Below are positions 23,854-38,800 of a DNA stretch of 64,000 nt, piece by piece; the first letter of the stretch is position 1; each line of letters opens with the position of its first letter. Both the position numbers and the translations under genes were made by a program. The stretch covers positions 1 through 64,000 of the forward strand of contig NMRA01000595.1 in the NCBI GenBank assembly GCA_002633005.1. The letters are read 5' to 3'. The DNA comes from Phoronis australis (taxonomy: Eukaryota > Animalia > Phoronida). The notes beneath the pieces are model-generated. The model was not told the DNA's origin, searched no databases, and saw nothing but the letters and a program-made list of their open reading frames with translations.

Positions 23854-26800
23854 GTAATTAAGTTGTGAAGTCACATTCTAATTGTGCCAGTTGTTTACTT
23901 CACTTTAATTTCTGCTAATTAGGTCTCCAAAATTTGACATGAACTACTTTTATATAACTAAATTTTGCAACTTTTTAAATTAAATTTAAAGTGAGTTCTC
24001 GTTTCCCAACTGGGGCTTTTTTGTCGATTTGCAGAAACGTTCTGTGTACACCTGATTCTAGCATTTAACAGCGGAGTGTGTTGGTTAACAGCAGTTGTAA
24101 ACTAGAATTTAGTCTATTCATAGGGTACTTTAGAAACTGCATAAAAATAACCCATTGTACTACTGAAAGAAATATGGTCCATTTATTTGCTGGAGGTCAA
24201 CTATGTTGAAAAAAGAACTTATGAGTAATGTAGCGCAGGGAATGCAATTTGCCAAGTGCGTGACTGTCTAAATTAAAACATGTAGTGCTTTGATTGCTGC
24301 TTTTAATGGTCTTCCAAACAAGTTTGTTCAAGGTGTGGTAATTGCACCTAGAATGCGGGGTTATTTGGGAGTGAATAATAAACTAAAACAATACAGTATT
24401 GCCGAAGTTCGTCTTATGTTTAAGCCAGTGAATAATGTTACCAATGTAGACATCTTGGTGGCTTTTCATTCTGTCCCTTTGTATATTGTTTATTGACAGA
24501 AAATTTTTTATGAGCAGTTGCCTGGCAGGACAGCCACTTGACACATCAACCTTTGTATGAGTTTGTTGGGAGTTTTTGGGTTGGCATAGTGGTCCAATGA
24601 TAATGATGACCATGAGAGAGATATCACCCTCTGTTGAGCACACTGTGGTCAGTCAGTAGGAGGACTACTGATAAGTCATGTCTGAAGCACCAGGTCACCT
24701 TGACTACTTGTGGACTTGGTTGAACCTTTGAGATTGGACACTGTCATCATTTGTGGATATTTGGACTGTGGAAGTTATTGCTGATGGCGTTGTGAAAATG
24801 TTACATATCTGACAGTAGAATGTTGTTTATATACTGTATAATCTCACCAGCTACGGACAAAAATAATTGTCAAAATTCCCCTTTTTGATTTTTCAATTTT
24901 TCAAAACTCTGTTGGTAGCTGTGATACAAAACATGAATGTAGAAAAACATTTGATTTGGCGCTACATGTGTAGTATGGAAAAGTGATGGAATCTGCAATT
25001 TCGCTAGTCGGCCATATTGTGTCCTATATTGAAGAGACTTCACCTTACTCGCTGTCTCAAAAACAAAGTTCTAATTTTCATGTTCAGCCAGGCTATTTCT
25101 AGATATGGTAAAATATCAACCCCGATCAGCAGTGATGGCTAAAGTCTCCAGGCTCTCTACAAAGGTTTGATCTGCTTCCCCCACTGTTGGGAATGTGCCC
25201 ACCATGTTTCTGTGCATGATCTAATCATAACTGAACTTGAAAACTCGTGCTAAAGCATTACATTAGTGCTACTTATGATTTTCAAAAAAATGAGGAAATA
25301 AAAGTTCACTTGATATTGTGTCTTTAGTCGGTGGTATCGGTTACCTCAACCATAAATTGTTTCTTCCTTTATCAACGGTTGTTACCCTACACTGAAAAGC
25401 CATGACCTATACTTTGTGACAGCTAGCAAACAGAAGTTGTGACGCCAACTACAAAATTTATGTTGTCAGCTGTAAACCACAGTTGATAAGTGCTTTGAAA
25501 CTCCAGCAACACCGTCTTTGAAGACCAATGCTATGGTTCTTGTTTTGGAACAGAAACCTGTTGTTTCTTTATTTTACTGATAAGGTTGGACTCAAATTAG
25601 AATTCAGATTGCTTCACCATGAAGATTCTGTAATACAAAATTGGTGTATGTTCCAGTTTGATGTTTATTATTTCGGCTTGACCTAATGTTAGTTCGTGCA
25701 TCGCCATGTTGGATGTACAGTTGAAACTGAAATAAAAAACATTGTGGTGTGGTATCCAATTACAGACAATGATTTCTCTGGTCCCCAGTGCAACTTTATG
25801 AAGTTATAAAAGGTAACTTGAGCTTCTATAAACTGGTAGTCTATCACAAACAATTTGAATTTAAACCATTTACGTCAATGAATTTGGTCCCAGGTTTCCA
25901 AATTTCAAGTGATCTCATATCTTCTGAAAGACTTCTTGCTCTAGACTAGGTTGGACAAGTTTTGCTTGCAGATCTAATACGCGTGTATCATTTTTGGTGT
26001 CAAGTAACACCAAACCCTGAAGACAACTCTCTCTGAGTGAGGAGCAAGTCAAAACCTTGAGTTTATGGTGGTATGTTGCTGTATGTTCCCTAAATGTAAC
26101 TTTCGCTTCATGGACAGAATGCTGGTTTAAATACCAATAGCTGCTTGTCAAAAACTTTCAAAGGTTAGAGAACTGGGCAGTTTGTCAGCCTGGCCCTTGT
26201 GTTGTTGTCTCTGTTATAACCTGTTCCAGCACAAGATATCTCTAACTATCACCATGACAACAAATGCTGGGCCCATAAAACAGTCTCCTATTCAGTAACC
26301 CCAGGACATCAATAGAAAGCAAGACTTCATGTGATTATTATGTGAGATATTATATAGTGAATTTTAAAGGAGAATACCTGTATGCCTTTGGCTATATTTT
26401 AGCTAGGTCCTAGTGTAAGTCCTAGTACTACTGAACACACGCTCATTTGATTGTTTGAAGTTAAGCCACAAAAGTGGCACAGTAAGGTAATAGCACTTCT
26501 GTTGGCTTACATTTATATCATACATGTATGATTCTACAAGTGTTGATTCAGTCCATAAACACATTCAGAGTTTACTTTAGTTTATTGCAGTGCAGGAATG
26601 GGCGTACAATAACCTGCCTTTGTCTTACTACTTCTGTTTGTATTGGTTATGTAACCATTGATTGAATATATGAGTCACACTGGATGGTTAATTTCCTATA
26701 TAGCTCCACCCTTTATAACAGTCTGTGCTATACAATACCTGCCACAGGTATTTAGACAAAATGATATGGCAGTCCCTCTTCATGATGGTTGGGCAGACCT

Positions 26801-29800
26801 TGAATTCATCATAACAGCAGCCTTCCCTTATGGCCGAGAATGAAGGGGCTCTGCATCAGCAAGGTGGCTAAGCCATTCTGTAATTAGAATTTTGCCATCC
26901 TAATTGTTGTTACCAGTATTTTTTGTTTGTAACGGAGAAACTGTATTTTATCTCATTGCTTTTGTCTCGTGCTGTGCTCAGCTTGTCTGTTGTTGTCTCC
27001 AAGGCTTTCTTCAAGTAATCACTTTGTCCGTTGTTTTGTATCCTTTGCTACTTAGACCAATGCTTGCTGTAACTAGGAACCTCAAGCAAATTTTTGTTAT
27101 CCTTTTTGTGAAACATATAAATCGCACAAAGTTAAAGGATATTTCTTCTGTCATCAAACAACTTTTGAAAGTTTTTGGGCATTCACAGCAATGTCTGAAT
27201 CCCTTGAAAAATGAAAAAAAAACATTTCTGGTAGTTTTTGTCCAAAATTTGTGAGATTTTAACACTACAGTTGTGTTTTCTTGAGGCTCTCGCATTTTTC
27301 CCAAGTAAGTGATTTTGAAAGTTCCTTTTCTCTTTAGTACTTGTTTGCCTTTCTTTGTTGAGTGAACTCACAAAAAATGATTTTTGAATTTGTAATTTTT
27401 GAAGCGTTTCAATATGTTTTCTATTGAGAAACTTGACAAACCATAATCATGTGCATTAAAATAAAGTAGTTGAATTATTATTATGGTAATTTATGAGTAT
27501 TTTGCATTTTTTATGGTTTCTCATTGCAATAAGGAAACAGACTTGCTGAGGTGTTACGGTATTTATGGGCATGCTTCATGCTGAAAGTTTCTTGTCAAAC
27601 AGTTATGAACTCAGTAAGGTGATTTTGTTTTTGAAAATTAGATTATTAGTTGATACTTGTTCTTTGATTTCCGAGAAAATGTGCTTGTGCGTGTTGACTC
27701 CAGTTTTGAAAAAGCTTTGCTACATCAACATCCGAGTCTGTCAAACTGTATGAGGTGAAGTTCTCTAAAATTCTTGTAAGAGTCTTACTGATCACTTCTA
27801 CTATGTCATGTTTGTTATTTAGAAAACCATTCTGAATTATGATACTTCACTGTCTTGAACATTCATTTCAGTGTCTCGAATGAGAATCATTCTCAGTCCA
27901 TCAGAGCCCATCACCATTCAATTGGCTATTGATTATCTATTAATACTTGCAGACACAAAGAAACATTAAAAAATCTGAACACTCATCAGATCAATAAAAT
28001 CCATCACCTTCTTGTTGCATTCTTCCCGCCACCAATCAATAACAATCAATAACATAACAATCGCTAATTGTCTTGGCCATGTTGCATTTGGCGTGCGGCC
28101 CACCTCTTGATCATCTATTGATCTGGTGATCGGTTGCCTGAGAGTTGTTGTATTGGACATGATGTCAGTGATGGACTCCATTATTATGATCATGGCTTCC
28201 TTTTGTGACAAGTCCGGCTGTTTGTGACATTATGGTGAGTATTTGGATTTGGTTTCTTCCCAAAATCTCCACCATGACTTTGTCATGTTTGGTGAAAAAC
28301 TGATGACTTGCCTGAAGTATAAATCTTGTCAAAGATCTTTGTTGCGTTAGATCCTTTTACGAAGGTGTAAGTTTTAGGTAAATGTTTTAAACACCTCAAG
28401 TAAATTAATTCTACAACGAGGAGCACAAAGTTTGTCGGTGCCTATGAAAAATGTCTAGTTTGATATTATCTAGTCACACATTCCTGTTATTTGGGACCCT
28501 TGGCAGGAATGTCCAACTGTTGAACAAGTAATCTAATTGACGAAAATGGCACGCATTGCTCGTTAACACCACCTAGTGGTGAAAGATGGAATCTCTTGTT
28601 GAAAAGTACAAACAAATGGAGGTGCTGTCCTCACACAGATTGTGTTTTTATGCACCGTCAGCATTTTAAGTTTCACGTAATATAACGATCTGCTAGTCCA
28701 ATCGCAGGCCGGGAGAGATTTGAGTGTGTGCCATACCGTCTGCGGTTATCACGGAATGGTTTTATCTAACCTTCTTTTAACTGGGCTGAGGGATAACTTG
28801 TGCTCCTAAGTTGGATTTTGGTTGATACTATAATGATCTGGGGGTTACCCACATGTCTGCTAGTATCCTCCCATACTGATTGATCGTTGGATAATGTATC
28901 GTGGGTGCTAGGCAGCTGATAGGGTGGTCAGTTAGGAAGAACAGTAACTTGCTGTAATTTTTGTGTGTTCTCATTCATCATTATCTGTATCTAATTTGTG
29001 ATACCTGTTGATAACATTCAAGAGCTTTTAGGAGTAGGTTATCATAGGGTCAATCAAATATTTAAGGCATGCCACTGATGGTTTGATAAACAAGTGGTGC
29101 TAATAGCTGATTAGAAAGCTCTACTTTCAAAATGCACTTATAATGCTTGAAAGTTACCATAAGTTGAAATTTATTTTTTCATTTTGTCCATCAAAAATGC
29201 AGGGATTTACTGTGCTCACATGGAATGAAAAAGTATCAGCATTCATTACAACACTAGAAGCTCTTGAAAACATCAAGGTTGGGCAATAATGGCTGTTTTT
29301 ATCTATAAGTGGAGAGATTTTATCATTGTCATGCTAGCTAGTATCACACGGTTTGTATTTTGCTCTAGATAAAATGTCCGTTGTGTTGATAACAGGAAGC
29401 ACAGTAAAAAAATACTTCCAGAGTTTTCTGTAGATAAACCTGAGCGTTGTTCGGAAAATATCAGTTAAAACGTTAAATCCAAATGTACTCTTGAGCAAAG
29501 TTAACGTTTTGGGTTCAGAATTTAAGGATTAACCACATAGTTATCATTAATTAACTTGTTTTTAAAACACCTGGGCTTTCTTTCGGTTGCTCATTGCAAA
29601 TCACTAAGTTCTTTCTTGGAAGAACAGTTTTTGATGGAAATTGTTGTTCTTACTCAAGTTTTGTTATTGTCAGATATATGGTGCCCACATTTTCAAAACC
29701 AGTTCTCCCCACTGACCAGGTTCTCAAAATGTGTGCGCGTTATATCCGGCTATTGCCCAAGTTTTTCCATCGATCCGCAGGTAGTGTGATGATGTAAAAT

Positions 29801-32800
29801 AAGCTTAATTCTGTTATAAAAAGCTCCAGACTACGACCAAGGTGTAATTATAGCGTCGGGGCTTTAAGGAATTGAACAATAAGCCATGAATCTGCTTGGG
29901 GCATGTTTTGAACCATTTTTTCATATTGATAACCCACCTAAAGGTTGTAAGGGTATTAATTAGAAGGCAATATAATTTCTAAGTTAGCTTGTTAGCCTAC
30001 TACTTAAACTGTTTGTCTCAATGTTTACCCTGTAAGTGCTGAATTCACTTGAGGCACTCTCAACATTTATGTTGCACACATGACTTGGTCTTTTAAATGC
30101 TATGATACTCATTTTCAATACTACATTAGGAGTGTCTGTGAGAAATCATTGCCGCGGGGTCAAACAACTTTGTGTGCTTTCTTTGCTTGTATGCTATTCG
30201 CTCACGTGAGGGTCATTGTTGGGGGTAAGGTTGTTCCATACCCGATGAGCAGTACTTCCCCCATGGTCTTCACTTATGTGGCACACAACATGGACAGCAA
30301 GTGAAAGTCTAGGAAATAGAGAATCCTTTACTTCAGAAACAAATTTAATAAGCGGTCCCTCTGTAAGCGATTATCTACCATATTTCCAGTGGTTGTCGTG
30401 AGGCCGAAGTGAAATTCATTTTGTTTAATTTCTCTAAAAAATAAAGGTCCATCACATTTTTAACCATTTACAAGCATGTGCTATGTGTAGATGTGGTAAA
30501 CAACACATGCTCAAGTTCAAAGTTCGCATTATTTTGGAACAGGTAATAAAACAGCCACTTAAAAATGGAAAGATGGTCATTTTGGCAGTTATTTTTGTGT
30601 ACTTTAAGTGGAGATTTAAGTATTTTGTACATGGTATGACGTTCAACAGAAATTTTGTTTTGTTAAAACTTCCCATGAAAACAAGAATTAATATTTTTTT
30701 GTATGTTATTACCTTGGTTTTTTGCAATCCAAATCCTACGATACTCTGTTAATCAGCCGTTGAGAAGTAGGAAAAATTACGACAAGTTTTGTAAGTATTA
30801 CATGTTTGCGTGTATTTTTCTTATTGTCTGGAAACTGTCTTAATTGTGGTGTTCTTGAAAAAGTCATGGAATTGAATTATCTGTGGCTGGTGTGATGAAA
30901 GGTATTTACATATGACGAAATCCTGAAAATGGGATAACGCTTTAAGGATACCTTTTATGGGCATGAAATGCTAATTGATTTTCATTATTTTGAAATTTTG
31001 AATATCAGTAGTTGGCCTGAAAGATTTATTGTCTGCCAGGGATTATGCTTTAACATCATTTTTCAAAATTTGGGTTATTTAGGACTATTCTGATTGTCTG
31101 GAAAGGGCATAAAAAGTTGCAGAACTCTGATAGCAAATTTCCATCCTGAAGCTTCAGACATTGTTGAGATATTTTAAATGTATGTTTTCAAAATTGAATT
31201 ATTTCTTGTTATTTCTGCTCTTTGAACAGGGAGCACTTCCTCGTGGAGCAATAGTCGGTTAGAGAGGTCGCAGACTTTGAGAACCAGTTTGATGCCCATT
31301 ATTCAGTGGAGAAAACTGGTTCTCAAATTGTGGTTGTGTTGATGATGCAAATTTGCAAAGGTTAGAGTATGCATGCAACTATCTTGAAAAAGGTTATTAG
31401 TCTTTGTCGGTATCTTGAACGAAACGATCAGTTTTCTTTTAACGAGTTACTAGACAGACTCATTTTCAATCTTCTGTTTTCTACACCTAGTAAGGTATTC
31501 CATGAAAAGTATCGAAGAGTTCATGGACAGTGTAAAGTCAGGTTTACATTGTCACCATATGTACATTAGCATGTCTAGGGAATTAGGAAGGGGGTAGGAA
31601 CTCCACAAAAGGGTCCATTTGTAGAACAGGACAGTGCAGAAGAGTTTCACATTCTATTAAAGGTTGCCTAGTTAAATACGAGTCCATAGAGTTTAATTTT
31701 TATTTGATAAATTCAAGCCCTTTGAGGACCTTAAAAGTCCAGGTTATATAGTGGTAAATATCAATCACTAGCAGAAAGCCCCAGGTTCAAATCCCGCTTT
31801 GGGCTGAGATCCTTTCAGACTTAAAAGGATACCGAACCTGGTTTTGGCCTACTAAAAAAATTTTAAAAATGACATTCCCGTCTAATTCTCCGAAATAAAA
31901 TAATGCTATGTAACCGTTGACAACCCTCAAAGGTTTCAAGCAAAATTTGAAAATTCGTTACAAAGTGTTCTAAACGGGCAAGTGCGACTTATGCTTTAGG
32001 GAGTTGGATGACACCTGCAGGGAAAACCAATCAATCGTAATGTCATATCTGTGACACTCAGAATATGAGTTTTTAGTGGAATCCTACTTTTATCACTCAG
32101 GTAAAATGCCAATGGTGCGTTTTCATGTAGCAGAGCGAGGAATTGGTTGAAATCTCCGAAATGTGGGGTTTAGTATCCTTTTAACTGTTGGTCATGTGAT
32201 ATGACCAGCTCACGGCGTGTATGAAGACTGACAATTCTTACTTATACTGAGATTACATAGTTTCTTTGTGTGGACTCTAAAAACGTGTGTCCTCATCTCC
32301 AATCGCACAATTACGTTAACCCTGTCAAAAATTAGTGGAATGCCTACCTTCCATGGAGCACTGGGTGTGAGTTTTGGACAAACTGTGCTTTGTTGCATTA
32401 ATGGTTCAAAACTGAAAGATTGTTTATGTGTCTGTCAATATACAAGCATATTATTTACAGCCCATACATCTTGATGTTCTTTGTTTCCTTGTGTCTGTGG
32501 TGGTCTCCAAGGCAGTCTAATTAAACAAACCAGATGCTACAGTGGTAAAATAATGCATGGGCATCTCACAGAACTCACCAAACTCAGTTCACTGACTCAC
32601 AAACAATAAGCCCATGAACTCACAAAACACTGTGCATGCACCCAAAAATCTCGCGCAAGCCTCACTGACTCCATTGTTCGCTGGTCAAGGTTTGTTCAAG
32701 AATCTGGCCATGTGTTTTTTCTTGTTGCGTAACCGTTAACCATATGTTTTATAAGTCTAACTCCACATTTGGCAGTCTGAATTCAGCTATCTGGTCTATA

Positions 32801-35800
32801 GCCGCTCTTACACGAGAGACAGTTGTTGCCGTATCAGTGGCGCGACTTGCTCCACTTCAGTCACATTTACACGACATTTGATCGCAAACTGGATCAGCAT
32901 GAGTTACTTACACGAAGACTGTCTGTACATGCTCTCATAAACAATGACAAATGTCCAAACCACCTGAAATGCCAGCAGATCACCTGAATAGATGATCCAT
33001 TTCCATTGTGCTCAGACATGTAGTTGAAGCTGGAGCAACTGATCGAGTAATACATCTTGCTTTTCCTATCAAAACCGTGTCAAAAACTCTGCTGTGGTGT
33101 CGCTTGCTCCGTGTCGGTCGTGTTTACTCAAACACTTGCTCCTGATCAGCTGTTCCGTGTTGGCTGCGCCGTGTCAATTGTCTCTCGTGTAAATGTTGCT
33201 CATGAGCCATGTTTCTAAGTGCAGCTGTTCTGTTGTCAAGGGAGCTGCAGTGCCTTTGTTCCTCGTCAGTAGCCCTCAGATACTCCAGTGGCCAGTTAAG
33301 TGAAACATGGTTCAAGGGTTTCCCCGGGAGTCACGAGGCATTACCTAGTGATGAGATGCTGCCATGGTTGGTAATTCTTCACTTATTTAGCTCACAACTA
33401 AGTGAAATTCTATAATTTGTTAAGTCTCTCCACAAAATAAAGATCAAGAAAAGTACGGTCTCTTATGAATGTATGATTTGCAGTGTGGCTGTCTTTAAAA
33501 ACCTTACTTCGGCAATGAACACCTGTAACTTTGGTTCCAAGAGTATGTTAAGAGCATCGCTCTGAGCCCATTAGTGCCATAAATTGCCAAATGTAACGAA
33601 CTGTGAGACGTATTGGCTTGCTTTTGTTTACGTCACCGCGAGAATTAACTTTTAATTCTAACATCTGCGAATAATCCCCTCACGCAATGGTGTTCTATTC
33701 AGACCCCTATTCAATACAACCTTTTGTTGTTTGTCCGGGATCTCGCGGTGACTAATGGCACGAAAAGGCAGCTTCTCTTATCATTTGACGGGCTTACATT
33801 TGCGTGATTGAACTCGCGTTTTCTTATTTTACTAAGGCTTTACTAGGACTATCTGATTAACCCAATACATCTAAAATAACAAATTTCCATTGAAGTTAGG
33901 CTTTAAAACATTTGGTAAAGTATCCAGCAAAGTTTTCATACTTTGAAATATGGTAAAATGGCAATTTATGTAAATAGCTTTGGTCGAAATAACTGATGAA
34001 TTGGGTTGTAGCCATTAAATCAGCTACTAGGGGGCAATAGTGGCATGGGTCGTTGGGGAGGTGCTTAGTTCATCATGCTCGTTTGGGTAATTTATCTTCA
34101 CAGCTTTGTCTTGTGTGTATGTCATTGTATCTTCTTGGATGGATAATTCTATTGCATGTCGACCAGGTGTGCGTTCAGTAGACGCTAGGACCTATGGTAG
34201 GACCTAGCTGAAACCTAGCTAGTCAAAGCCACGTGTTCTCATTTAAAATGCGCGGCAATGTCTCACGTAATCTCGTGAAGTCTTGCTTTTTAGCGAGGTC
34301 CTAGCGTTACTGAAAGGGAGGCAGGAGAGGCAGGAGTAATGCATGACTTGGTAACCTTACTTGTACTATTGCGAAATATGGGCAAACCTGTCGAGATACT
34401 GAATGCAACCCGCCATCTTGTATTAGTATAACTAAATATCCGCCTCCTGAAAGTCCGCAGCGCCCTCTCTGATTCTGCAGTGTTTACCCGCAATGCTGCA
34501 CTTCACCAGGGCACTCCTGTTACAAGTGCTGTATGCTAATCATTTTTATCTCAAAAGTGGTTCGCCATTTGTCATTCTGACGCAGATGGAGTTTTCATTG
34601 AGTTGCAGTGAAAAACCTATGGGGTTCCTTAAATAAAGTTCTTCACTTGTTCTAGTCTGCTGAGAAGTCCATTATGGACCCAACCTTTTGGAAATGTAGG
34701 TCAATGATGGAACGTATTTATCTAAGTGTATGTTATGTCTGACCAATAATAACCAAATTTGTAAGGTTAGCTATGAGAATTTGATATCTTCAATATTGTG
34801 TCCTTGAAAGTAGATAAAAAGTTCTGCCAGTCTCCTGCTGTTATGATGCAAACCTACTGAGCGTGAACAGTTTGTAGTAAATGCAAACTGTGTACTCAAG
34901 ACTCAATCACTGCTGAATTAGTTCCATTATGATCTTTGATGTACCGGAGATTACTTTGTGTCAGAATAGATGATTTTGCATTATGTGCCTTGTTGAAGAC
35001 AGATATATCAGTCCATCATGGGCTTGGTTGTTGGCTAACAGCACCTGAATAATTACCTAATCAATAGCGACCAACTACTGATTACCTGAACGACTGGCAT
35101 GTGCTGTAGCAAGCCCTCCACTAAGAGTTTTAGTCAGTGAGTTATCGATTTAATGAAAATTATCTTAGTAGTACATTAGCCGTAAAAAGTACAAAGGAAG
35201 TTGGACATGGAGTAAATTGAGGGATTATGTGGAGTTGTGTCATCATGCAATTAATGGATATTTGGTGGCATTAAGGTGTTGGATGTATTCAGTTATTCTC
35301 CATTTATCGCGAAGCAATATAATTGCCAAAATTGTCCTTTTTCTATTTTTTAATGTTTGACTACTTTGCTACAGATTATGGGGACTTGTCTAATGTTTTA
35401 TGACATGCATACAGTACAAACCAGAACTGTAATAGACTGAAATTTTCTTATTTTTTGTTTCTGTTAAAAAATTTACGGAATAATGTGTGCTAAGAACGTA
35501 AAGAATTAGCGCATGGAAAAAGGTACACAACACGTCAGAAGTCCTGTTCAGACAAATTGACCCCACCATGGATCCTGGCAAGAAGCCAAATTCATTGCTA
35601 TAGTACTTCCCTCACGACTGAGAATGATGGAGAATTTACCTGAAACTTTGACTAAGGGTGGCTGTACCTTTCTGAAAAAATTGCCGCCATTATACCTCCT
35701 ACCAGTCATTTCTGCTTTTAACAGAATCATCAGTGTGAAACATTTGTTTTGTCTGATTAGTTTTCTCTTGTACTGTACCATTTTAATGTCAACGTCACTT

Positions 35801-38800
35801 GTCCCCACTGTAACATGTGATTTCCGGACCTTTAGTGACAAGTTGTCCACAAGGAAATGATATAACAGTAGGCCTTTTGACTATGACGAATTTACAAAGC
35901 CCACAAGCTGTTCATTTTCAAAAAACTACCGTCAAGAAAACATCTATATTATAGGGTTTGTGATTATAAAATTGTTTTTGTCAAGATGAAATGTTTTGGA
36001 TCATAAATTTATCCTTAGGATCACTGTTTGTGAAACTGAATCCCATGCTTGAGGTTATCCAGTTTCAGCAATTCTTTCTGGTCTCCACAATTGTTATTCA
36101 AAATTTTGTGTGATTGAGTTGAATGGCTGACAAAAGACAATCTCAATGATTGTTTGGACACATTCTAAATATATATTGACAAGCTGCTTTCAGTGTGCTT
36201 AATCTATTGAGCACTCAGTGAAGCAGTGTGTACTTGGGTCACAGATGTTTAGTTATGCAGTCCCTGCTATTGATGTGTTTAGTGAATGTTTTGATGTCTA
36301 ATAGACCACAGTTTGGTTATATTGGTGATGTTTGATATGAAATGAACTCTCACAGTAAATCTGTAATCTACTTAGTTGTTGGTTGTGAGAAAGCCATATG
36401 GTGTATTCTTATGCATCATTTGGCTGAGACAATTTCTCATTAAAAGAGTGATCTTACCTTTGATTGTAAAAACAACTTATGATTTAGACCTCTTGTCGAT
36501 CTGATTTTTGTTCAATTTTTTGAAGATGATTTTAGAGGCTTTGAAAGAGTTGGCAAGGTGTTACAAAGCAGTGTCTACAAGTTGGCTTGTCACCTTGTCA
36601 TTTTAAGCTCAGACCACAACTTCTAACCATTTTTAATAACCTTGAAGGCCTTGGAGAGGCAGTGTTGTGTTTCTAATCTCCGAATTGTCAGGCAATCAGC
36701 TGCGAGTAAATATTAGAGTCAGTGTATCAAGAACCTGCCTGTGTAAACAGCCTGTATGGTGTGGGTCACAACTCATTTAATCTCTCAATAGTATGGTATA
36801 TTATATTTTCAAGTTTTCAGTCTTCTGATGTATGGTAATGAGTGACTGTTCGAACTTAACATTTTCTTTTCTTGCAAAGACTGTTGATGAATTATGATTT
36901 TGTTCTGCTCAGTATTACAATAGTGACAGCATTAGAACTTTTTCCTGCTGAAGTGGTTAATGCCGGTACAATAATCAAATCATAAAAGTGTAACAAATTG
37001 GCTAATGTTCTTTTTATAAAAAATCACTTAAATTACCAATTTGTTCAGTTTCCTACAGTTGTGCTCAGTGTCAGTTTTTCTTAGATTTATCACAGTTTTA
37101 TGATAAAAGTTCTTCAGTTCGGGACACAATATGGCAGAGAGCTAAAATTTCATTTTGTCAAATTTCTCAACCAAAGTATTACTTTTCAAGAAATTTACTT
37201 AGCGTTTGGCATGGTTCACATGGCATAGCTATTAGCAAACAATTTTGAGGACTTGCAGCAATGTGGTTAGCCTCTGAAAATTAGAAATATTGTAATTTTA
37301 ACTATTATTTTTGTCTCAAATTTATGAATTTTCCGGTAGTTTTTATCAAGAGTAAACACGCCTCATGACAATTAAACGGATACTAAACACTGTTTTGCAG
37401 GCCCTTTAACATATGTACCAAAATGACATTCCCCTGCAGTTATCTGAAACAAAGTAATACTCTGTTACCGACGACAACCCTCAAAAGTTTGGAGGAAAAT
37501 TTGGAAACTTCTTTTGAAGTCTGCTAAAAGGGCAAGCTTGACTTAAGCTTTTAATGAATTACACGGCAACTGTGAGAAAACATCACACAACAAGGACCAT
37601 AATGTCCAATTTGTGACACAGGGAGTATGAGTTTTTAGTTGATTCCTACCTTTAACTTGGAAGATTGACACCAATGCAGGTGATAGAATGAGGATTGGTT
37701 GAAGTCATCGAAACAGGGTTTCAGTATCCTGTTAAAAATCTGCAAAAAATTAAATGTAATACTGGACTTACATTTCAATTGAGCGACATTACGTGCTCAT
37801 CGCTGGGCCTTTCATTGGCAACTGCCGTGTTCGGCTGATGACATAATCGGCGGAAATGAAACATAGTGAGCAATCCACATGTCCTGGAGAACTGGATTAT
37901 TCATTAACAGACTTTCAAAAAGTGTTTCCATATTCATGTTCTCTATAGGTTTAGTGCGCATTGCCTTGGAGTGTTAATACTAACGTGTTGCTTTCACAAA
38001 AGATGGCGCTAGTTTAGTTACATACCTCAAGAAGCAAAAGCAACGGATATTCTTAGATGTCTCCTGTGTGACCTCATAAATTTTTCACCGCTTTTCTCCT
38101 TTACCATGCAGGAGAGTGTATTGGTTTGTGTTAGCTCTGATGAAAAATTCACGACTCTTCAAGTTGTACGTTGTAGAATAACTGGTCCAGGAGTAGTCTA
38201 TCAGGGTTCATCAGTCTGGGTTTTTGTAGTACAGTTTGGCTGTAGTCAATGGAGACATTGAAGATGTTTGTAGAGAAATTTTGGGGCAACGTCCACTTGC
38301 CCTGAACTGGATTGTGCGAATGTAAGGTGGGAAATCTAGAGAGGTTTCTGAGTTTCTGAGAATGGGATATACTAGCTCTGTGCTAATACGACGGACATGT
38401 ACTCTCTACAAGTGAAAGACAAGCGAAACAAGAAATCCTGGGTAAGGTTACGCCAACCTTTCAGCCTTTGAATACAACAAGAAGTTAATTTTTTTGTCCT
38501 GTCTGCTTTGTGTCCATGGCTTCTTCCGAGATCATTGTGGTGTGAACGTTATGTGGTCTAGGGGTCAAGAACTACGGTAATCTTTGTACTCGTTACACTT
38601 GGCATTTTCCAATTTTCTGTACAACTTGAGGTTGATATTAGTTATTTTGTGTTCAAATACATAATGTTTTATGCAAATGAGTTAGTTGTAAAATTTCGCT
38701 ATTGATGACCCCCTGGATTCGTGCTGCGAAGTCAAATAAAATCTCAACATTGAACTCAAACTGGAACTTGTTATTGTCTTAATGCTGTGTTCATGTGCTG

